A DNA stretch of 64,000 nt from Geopsychrobacteraceae bacterium (GTDB lineage Bacteria > Desulfobacterota > Desulfuromonadia > Desulfuromonadales > Geopsychrobacteraceae), in NCBI GenBank assembly GCA_963662315.1, contig OY759353.1:2080001-2144000 (forward strand). The letters are read 5' to 3'. The translations under genes and the position numbers were made by a program. Below, one piece after another: positions 28,677 through 39,452 of the stretch (position 1 is its first letter; every line of letters begins with the position of its first letter). Below the pieces are notes generated by a model, which saw nothing but the letters and a program-made list of their open reading frames with translations, had not been told where the DNA came from and did no database searches.

Positions 28677-30452
28677 ATGAACTTCAATAACCTGCCAGTA
28701 TGGATACGTTTGGGGGGCAGTTTCAGCATTCTGCTGTTGCTGCTGTTAGTTGCCGGAGGAACCGGTTACTGGGCAACGAGTTCGCTTTCCGACCAGATCA
28801 TCTCGACTTTGCGGTCGGACGGTGCCATCTCCGATCACATTGCCGAGGCATCCAGCCATGCCCTCGGCTTGCGCCGTTACGAAAAGGACATCTTTCTCAA
28901 CATCGACAAGAGCGAGAAGGTCGCCAACTACTTTAAGGAATGGCAAGAAGAATACAGCAAGCTGACTGAGCAGATTACCGCACTGGCAAAAGTTGTCTAT
29001 TTGCCGGAAGAACAGGACGCGGCAAAAAAAATGGCCAGCGGTGCTCAAGAATATAAACAGGGTTTTGAGGGGATCTATCGGCAGATCCAAGCCGGTGCCA
29101 TCACCACTCCGCAGGACGGCAACAAGGCCATGGGGCCGCTGAAAGAATCGATTCGTAATCTAATAGACAGCGCCGCACTGATACACATCGCCAGCGTCGA
29201 ACGAATGCACAGTATTGAAAGTAATGTATCCGCAACTGCGACCCGTTCATCGACCGCCATCGGCATTGCCGTACTGGTTTCAATCTTCGTCATGCTGATC
29301 ATGGCCTTCTTCACCACCCGCAGTATCACCCATCCGCTGCGCATGGTCGGAGATATGCTGAATGATCTCGGCCAAGGAGACCTTGGTCGTCGGCTGCACA
29401 TGGCTCGCAGGGACGAACTCGGAGAAATGGCACGAACCCTCGATGCCTTTGCCAATAACCTGCAGGAGGAGGTTGTCACCGCTTTTAACAAGATCGCCGA
29501 CGGCGACCTGACCTTTGTTGCCACTGGTCTCATTAAGGAACCGCTGGCCAGGGCCAACGCCTCGCTGGCCGATGTCGTCTCGCAGATTCAGTCGGCCGGA
29601 CATCAGATCGACTCCGCCAGCAGCCATTTGGCTGACTCAAGCCAGACCCTCTCCCAGGGGGCGACCGAAACCGCCGCTTCGCTCGAAGAGATCAGCAGCT
29701 CGATGAACGAGATGGCCGCCCAGACCAAGACCAGCGCCGAAAACGCCAATACCGCAAACAAATTGGCAGACGAGGCGAGCAAAGCGGCCGGTGTCGGTGG
29801 CAGGCAGATGGATGCCATGGTTGCGGCTATGCAGGAGATCAATGTATCGGGACAGAACATTAGTAAAATCATCAAGACCATCGACGAGATTGCCTTCCAG
29901 ACCAACCTGCTTGCCCTAAACGCCGCCGTCGAGGCTGCGAGAGCCGGCCAGCACGGCAAAGGCTTCGCCGTGGTCGCCGAGGAGGTCCGCAACCTAGCTG
30001 CTCGCAGCGCCAAGGCCGCCAGAGAGACCGCCGAGCTGATCGAGGGCTCGGTGCAAAAGACCGAGAACGGCACTCAGATCGCCGAACAGACCGCCAAGGC
30101 CCTGCAGGAGATCGTCGGTTCCATCGCCAAGGTGACCGATCTGGTCGGCGAGATCGCCGCAGCCGCCAACGAACAGGCGCAGGGGATAGCCCAGGTCAAC
30201 CTGGGACTAGGACAGATCGACCAGGGAGTGCAGCAGAACACCGCCACCGCCGAAGAATCAGCAGCCGCAGCCGAAGAACTCTCTAGCCAGGCGGCTCACC
30301 TGCAGCACATGTTGAACCGCTTCATTCTGGCAGGAGGCAGTAATTACATTGCTCCGCCGCGGATAGCGTCGCCGGCCAAAAAACCGGTAGGCCCGGCCAC
30401 AATGCAGGCCAACCTCTCTTGGGGAGAGTCCCCTGGCCAAAACCAAGCCTGA
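28677..30452 (+). CDS. Methyl-accepting chemotaxis protein
   Basis: 2 [26 protein letters not shown] signature. Confidence 0.95.
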   Translation: MNFNNLPVWIRLGGSFSILLLLLLVAGGTGYWATSSLSDQIISTLRSDGAISDHIAEASSHALGLRRYEKDIFLNIDKSEKVANYFKEWQEEYSKLTEQITALAKVVYLPEEQDAAKKMASGAQEYKQGFEGIYRQIQAGAITTPQDGNKAMGPLKESIRNLIDSAALIHIASVERMHSIESNVSATATRSSTAIGIAVLVSIFVMLIMAFFTTRSITHPLRMVGDMLNDLGQGDLGRRLHMARRDELGEMARTLDAFANNLQEEVVTAFNKIADGDLTFVATGLIKEPLARANASLADVVSQIQSAGHQIDSASSHLADSSQTLSQGATETAASLEEISSSMNEMAAQTKTSAENANTANKLADEASKAAGVGGRQMDAMVAAMQEINVSGQNISKIIKTIDEIAFQTNLLALNAAVEAARAGQHGKGFAVVAEEVRNLAARSAKAARETAELIEGSVQKTENGTQIAEQTAKALQEIVGSIAKVTDLVGEIAAAANEQAQGIAQVNLGLGQIDQGVQQNTATAEESAAAAEELSSQAAHLQHMLNRFILAGGSNYIAPPRIASPAKKPVGPATMQANLSWGESPGQNQA

Positions 30453-30668
30453 CATCGCTCTGGATGACGATGAGTTTGGCAAATACTAAGCGCTGGACGC
30501 ATCCGATCCGGAATTGGAATCTGACGTTGGCTCAGCTGACGATCCATTTCCCCGGACGGCTGGAAAAACACCTCAGCTTATGAAGCTGACACAGATTTTT
30601 GAACACCCTCCCACCCTACCTCCAGCGTCGGAGACGCTGGTTACAATCCTCAATTGACACGACTCAAA

Positions 30669-31015
30669 CTACAACCATCCTTTAGAAATTAAATATTTAT
30701 CAGGAATACGCAATTCTAATTCTCTACGTATTTCCTTAATAAAATTATTCATATCTGTCCCAGAATAACATGCTTATCATTAGAAAGACTAACAAATTTC
30801 CCAGAGCCAACATCTACAGAAAAACCAATAATATCCAATTCATAGTTAAAAAGTACAAATAAGTAATCGTACGAAATGAATTTTATTTTGAATGCCCAAT
30901 GACCAGGCTCTTCCACAACATCAAACACCTCGATACTTTTTGATCTTTCCCCGAAAATATTTTTAATAGATTTAGCTATTTCAACTCTAATTTTTTTAAA
31001 TTCATCTAGTTGCAT
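30669..31015 (-). pseudogene. Putative immunity protein for the VgrG toxin, frameshifted near 30770
   Basis: 88-aa ORF overlapping the toxin stop; an adjacent frame continues CYSGTDMNNFIKEIRRELELRIPDKYLISKGWL*; very low GC. Confidence 0.6.
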
Positions 31016-34000
31016 ACCAATAGTCTCCTTTTTTTTCTAAAAAAGCATAATTGTGTTCATTTTGTAAGTAGTCCCACTCCCATTTCAAAGCGCACTCACC
31101 ATATTCTTCTGGATGATGAGAAAATCTTATCACTTTATTTGAGCTTACTGCATCATCCAACGCAGGAATGTTAAACAAATCAAACATATTGCGCCCTGCT
31201 TGATCTAATCCATAGGAGGATGTTATGTCATCCCATTTGGTCCCTAAGCTAAAGTAGCTTGTATCTTTTGCTTTTACTGTATACGAACCGTTCCCAGGGA
31301 TGCTCCAATTCTTACTACCATCTGCAGCAATGCTCGGTTCATATTTACCTAAGGTCATCGTATCGGATAGAGGATTAATAATACTTTCTGACCTCAGTTG
31401 ACTATATTCTTTTAGTGGTATAACACCATTAACTTTCCCATTTTTCAAAACAATACCTGAGGGCTCAACACTTGCTGGCGTCTCAACAACATCCACTGTT
31501 GAGCCTATAGCCACCTGCCTCTTCGCCAGCGTCCTCCGGCTACTGCCACGAACACTATTCTCTACCCCTTCATCCAGCATCTTACCAATTTTAAGCCCCA
31601 ACTCATCACCAACTTTGGCGAACTGGGTGTTGATCTGGCCTTTGACGGTTTGCAGGCTGTTCAGGGTATCCTGGATTTTGGTGTGGATATTCTGAAACTT
31701 CTGTGGCACATGGGATTTCAGGTCGGTGAGCAGGGCGGCGACTTTGTCCATGATCGTGTGCCCGTATTGTGCGGCTTCGTCGATGTAGTCCTTCAGCTTG
31801 CCGGCTTTCAGCTCTTTAAGCCAGCTGACGCCGTTCCCCTTCATGAAGTAGTTAAACAGGGCGAGAACTTCGTCTAGCTTGGCTCCCTTCCAGATGAGTT
31901 TGAACACGCCTTTGAGCAGGGAACCGAAGGTGGGGATCAGACCAACCAGAGTAACGACCAGAGCAAACCAGATCGCAGCCTCTTTGTAACGTTTATCCCA
32001 GACCAGCAGTTTGATGTTGGCAGTGATATCACGCACATCACCGACCTGATCAACCACCGGGATAGCGGTGATGATGGCGTTGGTCGCAATCTGGCCGATG
32101 GTGGCGTCTTCGTTAAAATCTCCCTGTAGCGCGCCCCAGGTCCAGTCGGCTGCGTCCTTGGTGGTATCCCAGGCCCCTTTGAGGGTCGTGGTCATGCGTT
32201 CAAACCACCCCTGTTCTTCCGGGTGCGGCTGGGGTTCGCTGGTGACCAACTGTTCTACTTCGCCTGGGTCTCCACCATAATCGACGCGAACATCTTCTTT
32301 GTCGGCGGGAAGAATGACGTATGCCTTCCCTTGCTTATTCAGCACGCCCTCAGCAATGACGTTATCGCTATCATCATAGACCGTATAACTGGCCCCGGCG
32401 ACGCCGCTTCCATCTGCGTAGAGGTATTCAAGCTCGACCCAGTTGGGTGCAGGGGGTGGGCCGGCCTGCCCTTCCATGGTGCCGATCCCAATGGCCGCCG
32501 TCGCCGCAACGCCACTGGCCAAACTGACACTCGGCGGGCTGGTGACGTCCATGTTGATCTTGCCACTCATGCTGACGGTTCCGGCAAAGTTGACGTTGGT
32601 GCCGAACAGGGTGATGTTGCCGGATGGGTCCATCTTGATGCCACCACCGGCCTGGCCGATGCAGATATCACCTCCACCGTCACCTTGTATTTTGATGGCG
32701 CCTCTGCTATCGAGGATCATGCTGCCGCTGTTGATATTGATGGCTGCGGAGCTGCCATCCACCTTGATGCTCATGGCTTCGCGGATATCGATACGCATGT
32801 CGTTACCGGCTTCAAACTCGGTATTTTCACCCGACTCAAGCTGGATATTGTTAGCACCACGCAGCAGCACATCGGTAGCCGACTGGTGGTGGATTTCGGC
32901 TGTGTTGGTCTGGGTGTGATGGCGGTCTTCCACCACCTGGATGCGATTGTTGCCGACCGTTTCGGTCAGGGTATCACCACTGGTGGTATCAAGGGTCTGT
33001 TTGGCGTAGAACGCGGCCAGGCCCTGCTCTGTGGCCAGGCGGATCAGGTGTTCGGCCTTGCTGGCGTTGAGGTGCAGCATATTGTGACCGGCGAAGGTGC
33101 GCAAGGTGATGATTGGTGCGTCGATGGTATCATCGAGCAAGAGTTCCTGATCATTGGCGCTGCGCAGACGATTCTGGGCGGCATTGCTGGCGCTGACCGG
33201 GGACGGGGTTTCCGGGTTGGGCAGACTACCGATAATAACCGGGCGGTCGGGATCGCCGTTCAGGCAACTGACCAGAATTTCGACGCCGTCCTGCAGCGGG
33301 GTGTGGAAGCCGGGCTGATGGCCGTTTCCGGTGCCGCCGTAGGGTTGCAGGCGCCGCGTGAAGATGCTGTTCTGGGCGAAGGGTTTTGTCAGGCTGTCGT
33401 TATGCTGACGGTAACGGGTCCGTCCGGCGCTGTCCAGTTGGGCTGTTGGGTCTTTGCTTTCTATGCGTGCGGTCACTGCCAGGGGCACTTTGGGGCGTTT
33501 GCTTTCAGGCACCCGGTAAGGTGTTTCGCGCGGCACCAAAACCACCGCGTTGCTATAGGGGCAATCACTGTCGCCACCCAGGCCAAGGCCGGCATACTGA
33601 TGGAGTTTATGGGTCATTCCGGTGATCAGGTAATCGCCACTGATGCCGCTGCCAAAACGGTCCGCGTCAATGCGCACGATGCGCCCGACACGCAGATCGA
33701 CGGCATGGCTGGAGATGGTCAGTTTCTGCTGTTGCGCTGCTCCGATATGGGCCAACAACTCGGTCGCCGCACTGGCTTCATCGGTACTGGTCACACCGCG
33801 CCCAGTGCAGACCAAGGTGGTCCCATACGCGGATTTGCCAGCGCCTGGCAGCTGGCGCTCGCTGAGCAAGGCCTGTCCCGGTGCTGATTCAGCGACGTCG
33901 TGGACCAGATAGCAGTCACTGACCAGCTGCGCCCCCAGTTCCATGGTCAGCACATCGTTGTCAGTGGCATCATGGTCCAGCCCGGCATTGGCCCGGTACT

Positions 34001-34592
34001 CAAGCGCCGGACGCGCCAGCGGTCGGCAATGGCTGGCCGTGTCGGCAAAATGGAGCACTTCCTGCTCGTCACTGGCCGCGGACCAGAACAGGATGCCGTG
34101 CCGACTGCATAAGCGGGCGAGAAAATCAAAGTCGCTTTCGCCAGCCTGCAGGGTGGTCGGCCGGGCCGGGTAACTCTGTCCCCAGTCACAGAACAGGGCA
34201 TTGTCATCAAGCCCATGGCGGTTGCACAGCCGTTGAATAATCTCAGGCAGGCTGTGATCGAGCAGCAGACGGGTATCGCTCACCTGCTGAAACCGGTACA
34301 GATGTGAGCTTACCTCCAGACGCCACAGTTGCCGCTGATCGGGCAGGCCCATGACATGAGCAACCTGAGTGACCAGACCGAAGACGGTGCGCTGTTGACC
34401 GCTGGTCGCCAACATCGACATGCGAACGCTGCTGCCCAACTGGTTGGTGAGCGACTGATAACCGGGCACGACGAGTTCTAGGGCAAAAGAAAACGGGCGG
34501 TTAAAGGCTTCCTGCCCGGTCACAGATACGACGGCATAATCAGCACCACCGACCCGGACGGTCAAGCGTGACTGAGCAGCAGATATTGACAA
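31002..34592 (-). CDS. vgrG: Evolved VgrG with FIX-like marker and C-terminal polymorphic toxin
   Basis: QAGESDFDFLARL, LNGDPDRPVIIG (VgrG gp27/gp5), GALQGDFNED..IPVVDQVGDVRD, low-GC C-terminal domain. Confidence 0.88.
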   Translation of the reverse strand: MSISAAQSRLTVRVGGADYAVVSVTGQEAFNRPFSFALELVVPGYQSLTNQLGSSVRMSMLATSGQQRTVFGLVTQVAHVMGLPDQRQLWRLEVSSHLYRFQQVSDTRLLLDHSLPEIIQRLCNRHGLDDNALFCDWGQSYPARPTTLQAGESDFDFLARLCSRHGILFWSAASDEQEVLHFADTASHCRPLARPALEYRANAGLDHDATDNDVLTMELGAQLVSDCYLVHDVAESAPGQALLSERQLPGAGKSAYGTTLVCTGRGVTSTDEASAATELLAHIGAAQQQKLTISSHAVDLRVGRIVRIDADRFGSGISGDYLITGMTHKLHQYAGLGLGGDSDCPYSNAVVLVPRETPYRVPESKRPKVPLAVTARIESKDPTAQLDSAGRTRYRQHNDSLTKPFAQNSIFTRRLQPYGGTGNGHQPGFHTPLQDGVEILVSCLNGDPDRPVIIGSLPNPETPSPVSASNAAQNRLRSANDQELLLDDTIDAPIITLRTFAGHNMLHLNASKAEHLIRLATEQGLAAFYAKQTLDTTSGDTLTETVGNNRIQVVEDRHHTQTNTAEIHHQSATDVLLRGANNIQLESGENTEFEAGNDMRIDIREAMSIKVDGSSAAININSGSMILDSRGAIKIQGDGGGDICIGQAGGGIKMDPSGNITLFGTNVNFAGTVSMSGKINMDVTSPPSVSLASGVAATAAIGIGTMEGQAGPPPAPNWVELEYLYADGSGVAGASYTVYDDSDNVIAEGVLNKQGKAYVILPADKEDVRVDYGGDPGEVEQLVTSEPQPHPEEQGWFERMTTTLKGAWDTTKDAADWTWGALQGDFNEDATIGQIATNAIITAIPVVDQVGDVRDITANIKLLVWDKRYKEAAIWFALVVTLVGLIPTFGSLLKGVFKLIWKGAKLDEVLALFNYFMKGNGVSWLKELKAGKLKDYIDEAAQYGHTIMDKVAALLTDLKSHVPQKFQNIHTKIQDTLNSLQTVKGQINTQFAKVGDELGLKIGKMLDEGVENSVRGSSRRTLAKRQVAIGSTVDVVETPASVEPSGIVLKNGKVNGVIPLKEYSQLRSESIINPLSDTMTLGKYEPSIAADGSKNWSIPGNGSYTVKAKDTSYFSLGTKWDDITSSYGLDQAGRNMFDLFNIPALDDAVSSNKVIRFSHHPEEYGECALKWEWDYLQNEHNYAFLEKKGDYWYATR

Positions 34593-34845
34593 GGGTCCCC
34601 CTCCTTGTGAAAAACTGGCTTTTTCTCGTTAGCTTTTAGCCTGAGCTGACGAGTGCTTAAAGTTCATCTATGGGAATGAATTACTACAGGTAAAGATCAT
34701 CTCTTTTAAAGATTAAGGTCTGCAGACGGATTCTCTCAGAATCTGGTCTATTCGACATGTGGATTGGTCCTTCTGGCGCTACCAACAACAATGTAGTTTA
34801 CTCAAAGAATCTGACAAAAATATGATTGCTAACTGCGGGGCCACA

Positions 34846-35643
34846 TCAGGGCCGGATGCCCACGGCATCAAGATCCTCAAGACTGTAACCATAGCTGGAC
34901 GAATCACGCTTTTCTTTACGCTGATCCTCAGCGACATCGACATTAAAATCCACCACCACGGGCAAATGATCGGACAACGTCACCTGTGGAACAAAAAAAT
35001 CCTGAATGACAATATTTTTGCTGTGCAGAACGAAATCGAGGTGTTGTGTGGGATTACGACTGGGATAAGTCGGCAGACTGCGGAGATTGGCATTCTGCAG
35101 TCCGGTCGCGGCCAGGAACAGATCGATCTCCTGTTCCCCCCACAACATGTTGAAATCACCGGCCAGAATAAAGGGACGATCAGCTTTGCTGACCAGATCA
35201 TACAGGGCCGACAGCTGCTGATGACGGGTCCGGGCCCCCAATGACAAGTGCACCAGGTAAACAAGCAAGTGTTCCATTTCCAGTTCCATGACCAGTCGCT
35301 TCATCCCCTGATCAAAGAAATGAAAACGTTCATTGCGAATGCGATCACGCGCCAGAAAGGCATTCCCCTGCCGGTTAAGAACAGGAACATGGCGCCAGAA
35401 GGACGTTTCCCCGTATTTTGTCGAATAAGAATGGTAGTGCCCCAGGGAATCAGCCAGTAATTCCACCTGATTTTTATGTCCGGTTCGATAGGATCCATAA
35501 TCGATTTCAACCAGGCCGACCAGATCTGGCTCTAATTCGCGCAGAAAAGCGCCGATCCGGCTTAGATTTCTCCCCGAAGGCCGGATAAAGTTGTGAAACC
35601 TGGGTCCCGTCGCATAACGGATATTATAGAGGACAAAACGCAT
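34846..35643 (-). CDS. Endonuclease/exonuclease/phosphatase family protein
   Basis: YNI, LAGDFN, LDFV, SDHLP motifs. Confidence 0.9.
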   Translation of the reverse strand: MRFVLYNIRYATGPRFHNFIRPSGRNLSRIGAFLRELEPDLVGLVEIDYGSYRTGHKNQVELLADSLGHYHSYSTKYGETSFWRHVPVLNRQGNAFLARDRIRNERFHFFDQGMKRLVMELEMEHLLVYLVHLSLGARTRHQQLSALYDLVSKADRPFILAGDFNMLWGEQEIDLFLAATGLQNANLRSLPTYPSRNPTQHLDFVLHSKNIVIQDFFVPQVTLSDHLPVVVDFNVDVAEDQRKEKRDSSSYGYSLEDLDAVGIRP

Positions 35644-35903
35644 GACTTTTCCCGGCGAAACAGCAAAAAAACTGTTTTTCGGTACAATGCCGCAGACTGA
35701 AAACAACTGAAGTGATACGCAAGTTTTCGGCCAGTAGCTGTCTATAACAGCTTAATCAAGGAAATCGAGAAAAACAAGTCGAAGAAAAAGAAACTCTCCT
35801 GCAATCAGACCTAGACCCCATAAGCAGCTGTCATTTCTGTAAGAACCGCCGCTACAGCAACCCGACAATCGTTCAAATGAGAGAAACGTTTATAGAGAAC
35901 ATA

Positions 35904-35940
35904 TAAAAAAGCCCACCGGCGATAAGCGCGGCGGGCTTCT
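35904..35940 (-). terminator. Intrinsic terminator after cstA
   Basis: aaaaaagccc...gggcttct hairpin with U-tract on the minus strand. Confidence 0.6.
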
Positions 35941-35968
35941 CCATGACTCGTTTATTCAATGCAATAAA

Positions 35969-37393
35969 TTATGCATTTTCAGCTTCTCCGGCGGTCACCT
36001 CAACGTTCCTGAATTTCACCATAAAGATGATCAGGCTAAGAGTGGCTACCGCAACCCCAATCCAGGTTGAAACCTCTAGCGACAAACCAAACCCGATTTT
36101 TGCGTAGGCCAGATAAGTCGTAGCGACCGCGGTCATAAAAGTTGCCGGGATGGTGGCAATCCAGTGCAACTTGGCCTCTTTGACCAGATAGGCAGCGGAA
36201 GCCCACAGGACGATGGTTGCCAGGGTCTGGTTAGCCCAACCAAAGTAGCGCCAGATCACCCCGAAGTCGCCACGGGAAACGATAAATCCAACAACGAACA
36301 GGGGAATTGCCAGCAACAGACGCTTACTGGTTTCCTTCTGAGTCAGTTTCAGGAAATCCGCAATGATCAGACGCGCACTGCGGAAGGCGGTATCACCAGA
36401 AGAGATTGGCAGGACAACAACACCGATAATGGCCAAAAAGCCACCAACAGGACCGAGCAAGGTGGTGGAAATTTCATTGACGACCCCGGCTGGTCCACCG
36501 TTACCCAGAGCAGCATTCAGTGCTTCAGACCCATTATAGAAAGACATCCCCAGAGTGGCCCAGATCAGGGCGATAATTCCTTCACCGATCATCGAACCAT
36601 AAAAGAGTGGGCGACCATATTTTTCATTGGTGACGCAGCGGGCCATCAATGGCGACTGCGTGGCGTGAAAACCACTGATCGCACCACAGGCAATGGTAAT
36701 GAACATCAGTGGCCACAAGGGCAATTCTTTAGGATGCAGGTTAGACAAGGTCAGTTCAGGGAAGAAGTGGTACCCCTTGGCAATCAGTGCAACGGTCAGC
36801 CCGAGTGCCATGAAGATGAGAACCGCACCAAACAGCGGATAAAGACGTCCGATAATTTTATCAACAGGCAGAATAGTCGCGAGGAAGTAGTAGGCAAAGA
36901 TGATAGCAACCCAGGCCGGTACGGCGAGACCCGTCAGACTGCCGAGCAACTTGGCCGGGCCAAGCACAAAAACAACCCCAACCAGCAAGAGAAGAACGAT
37001 TGAGAACACCCGCATGAACTGTTTAAAAGCGACCCCAAGCTCATTACCGACGACATCAGGAATCGACTGCCCTCCGGAACGCATTGACAGCATACCGGAA
37101 AAATAGTCATGAACGGCGCCGGCAAAAATACAGCCGATAACAATCCAGATCAGTGCCGACGGTCCGTAAAGTGCGCCGAGAATCGGTCCAAAAATCGGCC
37201 CCAGGCCAGCAATATTCAACAGCTGAATCAGAAAGATTTTCTTCGGTGACATTTCTACATAATCGACCCCGTCGTTCATCGTCGTGGCAGGCGTGGGGAG
37301 ATTAGAGTTTGGTCCGAAGATGCGATCGACAAAGGACCCATAGACAAAGTAGCCAATGACCAACAATGCGACGCAGCCAAAGAAATAAAGCAT
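35969..37393 (-). CDS. cstA: Carbon starvation CstA-family transporter (pyruvate/peptide)
   Basis: IAGLGPIFGP, GAVHDY, ACGAISGFHATQSP, FGWANQ. Confidence 0.92.
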   Translation of the reverse strand: MLYFFGCVALLVIGYFVYGSFVDRIFGPNSNLPTPATTMNDGVDYVEMSPKKIFLIQLLNIAGLGPIFGPILGALYGPSALIWIVIGCIFAGAVHDYFSGMLSMRSGGQSIPDVVGNELGVAFKQFMRVFSIVLLLLVGVVFVLGPAKLLGSLTGLAVPAWVAIIFAYYFLATILPVDKIIGRLYPLFGAVLIFMALGLTVALIAKGYHFFPELTLSNLHPKELPLWPLMFITIACGAISGFHATQSPLMARCVTNEKYGRPLFYGSMIGEGIIALIWATLGMSFYNGSEALNAALGNGGPAGVVNEISTTLLGPVGGFLAIIGVVVLPISSGDTAFRSARLIIADFLKLTQKETSKRLLLAIPLFVVGFIVSRGDFGVIWRYFGWANQTLATIVLWASAAYLVKEAKLHWIATIPATFMTAVATTYLAYAKIGFGLSLEVSTWIGVAVATLSLIIFMVKFRNVEVTAGEAENA

Positions 37394-37520
37394 GACATTC
37401 CTCCTTCTAGGGGGTTGATTGTTACGCCGCAGAGGACCTTAAGTCTTTAGTTTTGAGATCGTCAATCAGCGTGTTATGCAGCTTAGCAGGAACAAAATTA
37501 AGAAAACCACCAGCAAACAG

Positions 37521-37568
37521 CCGGTGGTTCTATGGATTGACGAATGGTCATATATGACATTGAGCGGC
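37521..37568 (-). promoter_or_regulatory. Candidate BtsR/YehT (LytTR) direct-repeat binding sites upstream of cstA
   Basis: Minus strand GCCGCTCA, ACCATTCG, ACCACCGG at a 20-bp period; resembles ACC[AG]CT[CT]A. Confidence 0.5.
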
Positions 37569-37592
37569 AAGGCCAATTCTTCTAAGCCCCAG

Positions 37593-39206
37593 TTAAATAG
37601 AATATTTTTCTAATTTTCTATAAAGAGTCGCAACGCTTATATTTAGCTCTTTTGCGGCCCGCGTTTTATTCCCGTTCATCATAGTCAGAGCATTCAGAAT
37701 TCCTTGACGTTCCATCACATCAAGGGGAATGATTCGGTCAGGACTAAAGGTACGGGCATTATTCATACGCAACTCTTCCGGCAGGTCGTCCAGGTCAATT
37801 TTGCTGCTGTCGCTCATTGCCACAGCATATTCTATGGTATTTTCGAGCTCCCTGACATTTCCCGGCCAGGAATATTGAATTAACCGATCGGCGGCCTGAG
37901 GGGTAAACGCCATCATTCTCCGGTCCCTTTGTATAGCACTCTTATCAAGGAACGTTCTGGCCAACGGCAGGATATCTTCACGCCGTTCACGAAGAGGAGG
38001 GACCTTGAGCTCAATCACGCGCAATCGGTAATAGAGGTCCTGGCGAAAAGTTCCCCTTCGGACCTCCTCTGCCAGGTTGCGGTTGGTTGCTGCAACAATC
38101 CGGAAATCCACCGACCGCGAATGGCTTTCTCCAACCCGACGAATCTCCCGTTCCTGAAGAACCCGTAGTATTTTGACCTGCATAGCAGGTGAAATTTCAC
38201 CAACTTCGTCCAAGAATAGGGTGCCACCATCAACAGCTTCAAAAAATCCAACGCGATCATGGGTTGCTCCTGAAAAAGATCCTTTCATTGAGCCAAACAT
38301 CTCGCTCTCCAGCAGACTTTCGGTAATAGCAGCACAATTGATAGCTAAAAACGGTTTATCACAGCGCCTGGAGTTCTGGTGAATGAAACGCGCCACTCGT
38401 TCTTTGCCAACCCCGGTTTCACCATATATGACAACCGACGATTCTCCCTCGGCCACTCGCCCAGCAACATCAAGAGTCGCCTGCATGGTGCGGCTTTTGG
38501 CATCATTTTCATAACCATCGTATCGCCCGAGACAGCTTAGTTTCTGCTCTTTCTCAGCGAGTTTACGCTCAAGATTTTTTAGTTTTTCTGTGAGCGTGGT
38601 AAAAATAGTATCGACAGATTCGGCGTCGTAGTATGCCAGTTGATCAGCATAACGGTCACCCCAGTCCTCTTTGCTTCGTCCTTCAATCCTGCAGAAAGAG
38701 TCTCCTTTACCTTGGCAGTAAGTTTCAAGAAAATATACTGGCCGTTTGCGCCATTTGGAAACAAATCCCGATGCAAAACCTGTAATCGTCCAGCAAACAG
38801 GCAACTCGGATGCACCAAGGTGAATATTATGCTGTTCCACCTCATAAGAATCCTGCCAAGTGGTTCTGATCAGCGGTTCTCCATCTCGTCCTTCTGGCTT
38901 TTCATGAGCAACAGGGGTCAGGTGCCCGTAAAGAGAGTGGAGATAAGGACCATTAAAATTTTTTTGCAGGGAGGAAAACTTGCCTTGATCCAACATTTCC
39001 GCCATCCGCCACCCCTGAGCATAGCCAAAACGCGTCAGGATTGCCCTTGCGGTCTTAAGACCAAGGCTTTGAACCAGTTCTTTTCTCAGCAAGCCGTGTG
39101 CGACTGAATCAAACATCAGAACGCGCTGAGTTTCCATAAAATGAATAATGCCACTCTGATCCTGGCGGCTGAGTATTTCGTTGAAATCAAAATAGTTCCA
39201 ATGCAT
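37593..39206 (-). CDS. XylR/DmpR-like sigma54 activator (XylR_N + V4R + AAA + HTH)
   Basis: LRKELVQSLG..RFGY, PVCWTITGFASG, ETYCQGKGD..C, GETGVGKE, GSFSGA. Confidence 0.9.
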   Translation of the reverse strand: MHWNYFDFNEILSRQDQSGIIHFMETQRVLMFDSVAHGLLRKELVQSLGLKTARAILTRFGYAQGWRMAEMLDQGKFSSLQKNFNGPYLHSLYGHLTPVAHEKPEGRDGEPLIRTTWQDSYEVEQHNIHLGASELPVCWTITGFASGFVSKWRKRPVYFLETYCQGKGDSFCRIEGRSKEDWGDRYADQLAYYDAESVDTIFTTLTEKLKNLERKLAEKEQKLSCLGRYDGYENDAKSRTMQATLDVAGRVAEGESSVVIYGETGVGKERVARFIHQNSRRCDKPFLAINCAAITESLLESEMFGSMKGSFSGATHDRVGFFEAVDGGTLFLDEVGEISPAMQVKILRVLQEREIRRVGESHSRSVDFRIVAATNRNLAEEVRRGTFRQDLYYRLRVIELKVPPLRERREDILPLARTFLDKSAIQRDRRMMAFTPQAADRLIQYSWPGNVRELENTIEYAVAMSDSSKIDLDDLPEELRMNNARTFSPDRIIPLDVMERQGILNALTMMNGNKTRAAKELNISVATLYRKLEKYSI

Positions 39207-39215
39207 CCCCAAACC

Positions 39216-39247
39216 CTCTCACTTTGCAATACTACTCTCTCATTTTG
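39216..39247. promoter_or_regulatory. Candidate activator binding sites
   Basis: CTCTCACTTTG and CTCTCATTTTG at a 21-bp period, 60-90 bp upstream of a sigma54 promoter. Confidence 0.4.
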
Positions 39248-39304
39248 TGGCAATAAACATGTCATTAATGCCCGATAGCAGCGCAAAAATCCACTTTTTT
39301 CTTG

Positions 39305-39320
39305 TGGCACATATCCTGCT
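39305..39320 (+). promoter_or_regulatory. sigma54 promoter of the tannase-family gene
   Basis: TGGCAC-ATATC-CTGCT. Confidence 0.8.
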
Positions 39321-39452
39321 CAGTGCAATAGCAATCAGCTGATTAAAACTGTTTTTGATTTTATGCCCGGTGCGATCATTGAATATTCGCAAGAATGCTC
39401 CCTGACCGACACCATCCATTATTTCTATCTATTCACTGGATTAGGAGATTTT

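Noticed and set aside
32223..33887. 554-aa plus-strand ORF
   Set aside because: Antisense shadow of the GC-rich vgrG
34600..34760. Possible c-di-GMP riboswitch upstream of vgrG
   Set aside because: Only a simple hairpin is present; GEMM consensus elements were not found
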